Source: Parasitella parasitica NRRL 2501 (taxonomy: Eukaryota > Fungi > Mucoromycota). Taken from it: a stretch of 51,631 nucleotides of DNA. Numbering within the stretch: position 1 is the first letter of the stretch; the number at the start of each line of letters is the position of its first letter. The position numbers were made by a program, and so were the translations under genes. The DNA lies in NCBI GenBank assembly GCA_025201805.1, contig MU619274.1, positions 67,028-118,658 on the forward strand, given 5' to 3'. The notes below the pieces were generated by a model that was not told the origin of the DNA, did not search any database, and saw only the letters and a program-made list of their open reading frames with translations. Of this stretch, positions 50,016-51,631 are shown one piece after another.

Positions 50016-51631
50016 TTTCTGTTGTACATTAAACAACTAGTACGAATGTCATCTCTCTCCCTATGATATTTTTACTCACTTTCATAATATTTATACAGTA
50101 TACGCTTTTGTAAAAAAAAAAAAAAATCTTTTGTTCTCTATAAAATAATAAATATGTTCATTTAATGTTAAAATTGTCATCAGGCCAAATCCGACTGTAA
50201 GATAAGTCCTTGACATTTTCCTGCCCGCAGATAAAGATGAGAATATGATAAATGCAATATATCATTTGATCCCCACTATTTACGGATTAATATCCTTCAC
50301 ATATACTTTTTTTTTTATGTGTTTAGTATAGATACTAACATATATGTTATCAATGAGCTATCTACTTTTCATGGTAAACCTTCAGATATACGAAACTCTC
50401 ACTTTTAAGACTTGTACGGGTTGAACTGGGCTTTAAAATTATCTAGTTTTTTTTTCTTCAAATCGTCCAGATTTTGAAAAAACGAAATCAAATATTTCCC
50501 TTTTCTATTATTTAGAGCCAACTTAGCAAATAATAATACCATATAAAATATCAACTTATGCTTCATTTTGCGCTATATAAGATAGTAAAAATAAATAAGC
50601 TTTTCAATAATAGAAACGGGAGATAAAACTCTTTAATTAAAATATTGTTTTTTGTTCTAAACAAAATACTTTTATACTTAAAGTTCTGGTTTAAGGCTAT
50701 ATTATGATGCTTATAGTATATAGTTTTGTTTTACTTATACAATGTTTTGTGTTTGGTGGTAGTTTTTGGCGTAAAAATTGAAGTTTTCGTAAAAGATCAG
50801 TTCTTCATGAGGGGTTATAAAGCCATTCCGAAAGGTAAAAAACCAGTTATATTTTTTTCGACTATCTCGCTCAAAAATTAGTATTTTTTAACCAAATAAA
50901 AACCATTCGATAGCTATTTGATAGCTCTATGTTTCTGCCGCAAAAGTATATCTTAGACGCTCCTTTGTCGCTTTGAAAGTTATAAAAATAAATCAAGCCT
51001 GCGCCAAAAACACATGAAAAAATACTTTTTTCTTCATTTCTATCCCAAACTTGCACATCTAGTAGAAAGTCCTGTTCCAAACATATTTTAACAATTTCTC
51101 AAGCCAAAGTGTCTTAATAGTTTGTTGCGAAATTGAACAGCAAACTTTAGTGTAAAAGTAGAAAATAGGCTCTAGCTTGTTGAATTCAAGCTTTATCAAG
51201 ATATTTTTAACACTTTTTGGTGTATCCAAACATGCTTTACTACTTTGCTTGGAAACTTGTGTATGATTTACTTGCAAAATTTAGTACCTGTTATAGGATC
51301 ATATGTTGTAAAATCAGCAAAATCTTGTTTTGGCAGTATCTTGACAACAAAGATAGATATTGGAATTCGGAAAACGTAATGGGATACAGCTATTGTACTA
51401 GTATTAGGATGTATGCCTTGCTTGGAACCTAAATTCGTACCTAAAAACGACCCTAAAGGTTGACTCAAAGTTGAAAATCAAAATGTTGCCGAAGCGAAGG
51501 CTGGAAATGTGGTAAATGCTCTCAGAGCCACGCTTTATTTTTCATATATATAGTAATAATAAATTTGAATCCCTTTCTTCCCTATATCTTTCAATGCTGC
51601 TATGTGATAATATATAATTCAATTTTTTTTT

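Noticed and set aside
50400-51631. AT-rich tail with short ORFs, possibly transposon debris
   Set aside because: No TIR, TSD or protein motif was identified.

Overview
Intron-rich eukaryotic DNA from a Mucorales fungus, probably Mucor, inferred from short GT-AG introns (mostly 50-70 nt), AT-rich intergenic DNA and Mucor-type ACC1 and GATA proteins. The window opens in the 3' end of a Tc1/mariner (IS630-like) transposon. It then carries about 16 genes: a 6-exon velvet factor, cytosolic threonyl-tRNA synthetase, a GT49-like glycosyltransferase, a CYSTM protein, a small hypothetical protein, an ArsB/CitMHS transporter, GOT1, a ~2,100-aa CH/coiled-coil/GAR protein, a Cys2/CysA-type serine O-acyltransferase, a secreted Pro/Phe-repeat prepropeptide, CWC24, a secreted protein with two 6-Cys modules, a two-finger GATA factor, a polyQ hypothetical protein, a Con7-like C2H2 factor and ACC1. 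Several of these are missing or fragmented in the ORF track and were rebuilt by manual splicing. The strongest novelty candidates are the spliced secreted precursor whose C-terminal peptide puts ten Phe residues in a strict 3-residue register within polyproline, the spectraplakin-like giant protein, the duplicated 6-Cys secreted module, a 2.8-kb block flanked by diverged inverted repeats, and several candidate structured RNAs. Gene models and family calls were made by eye; no searches or folding computations were run.
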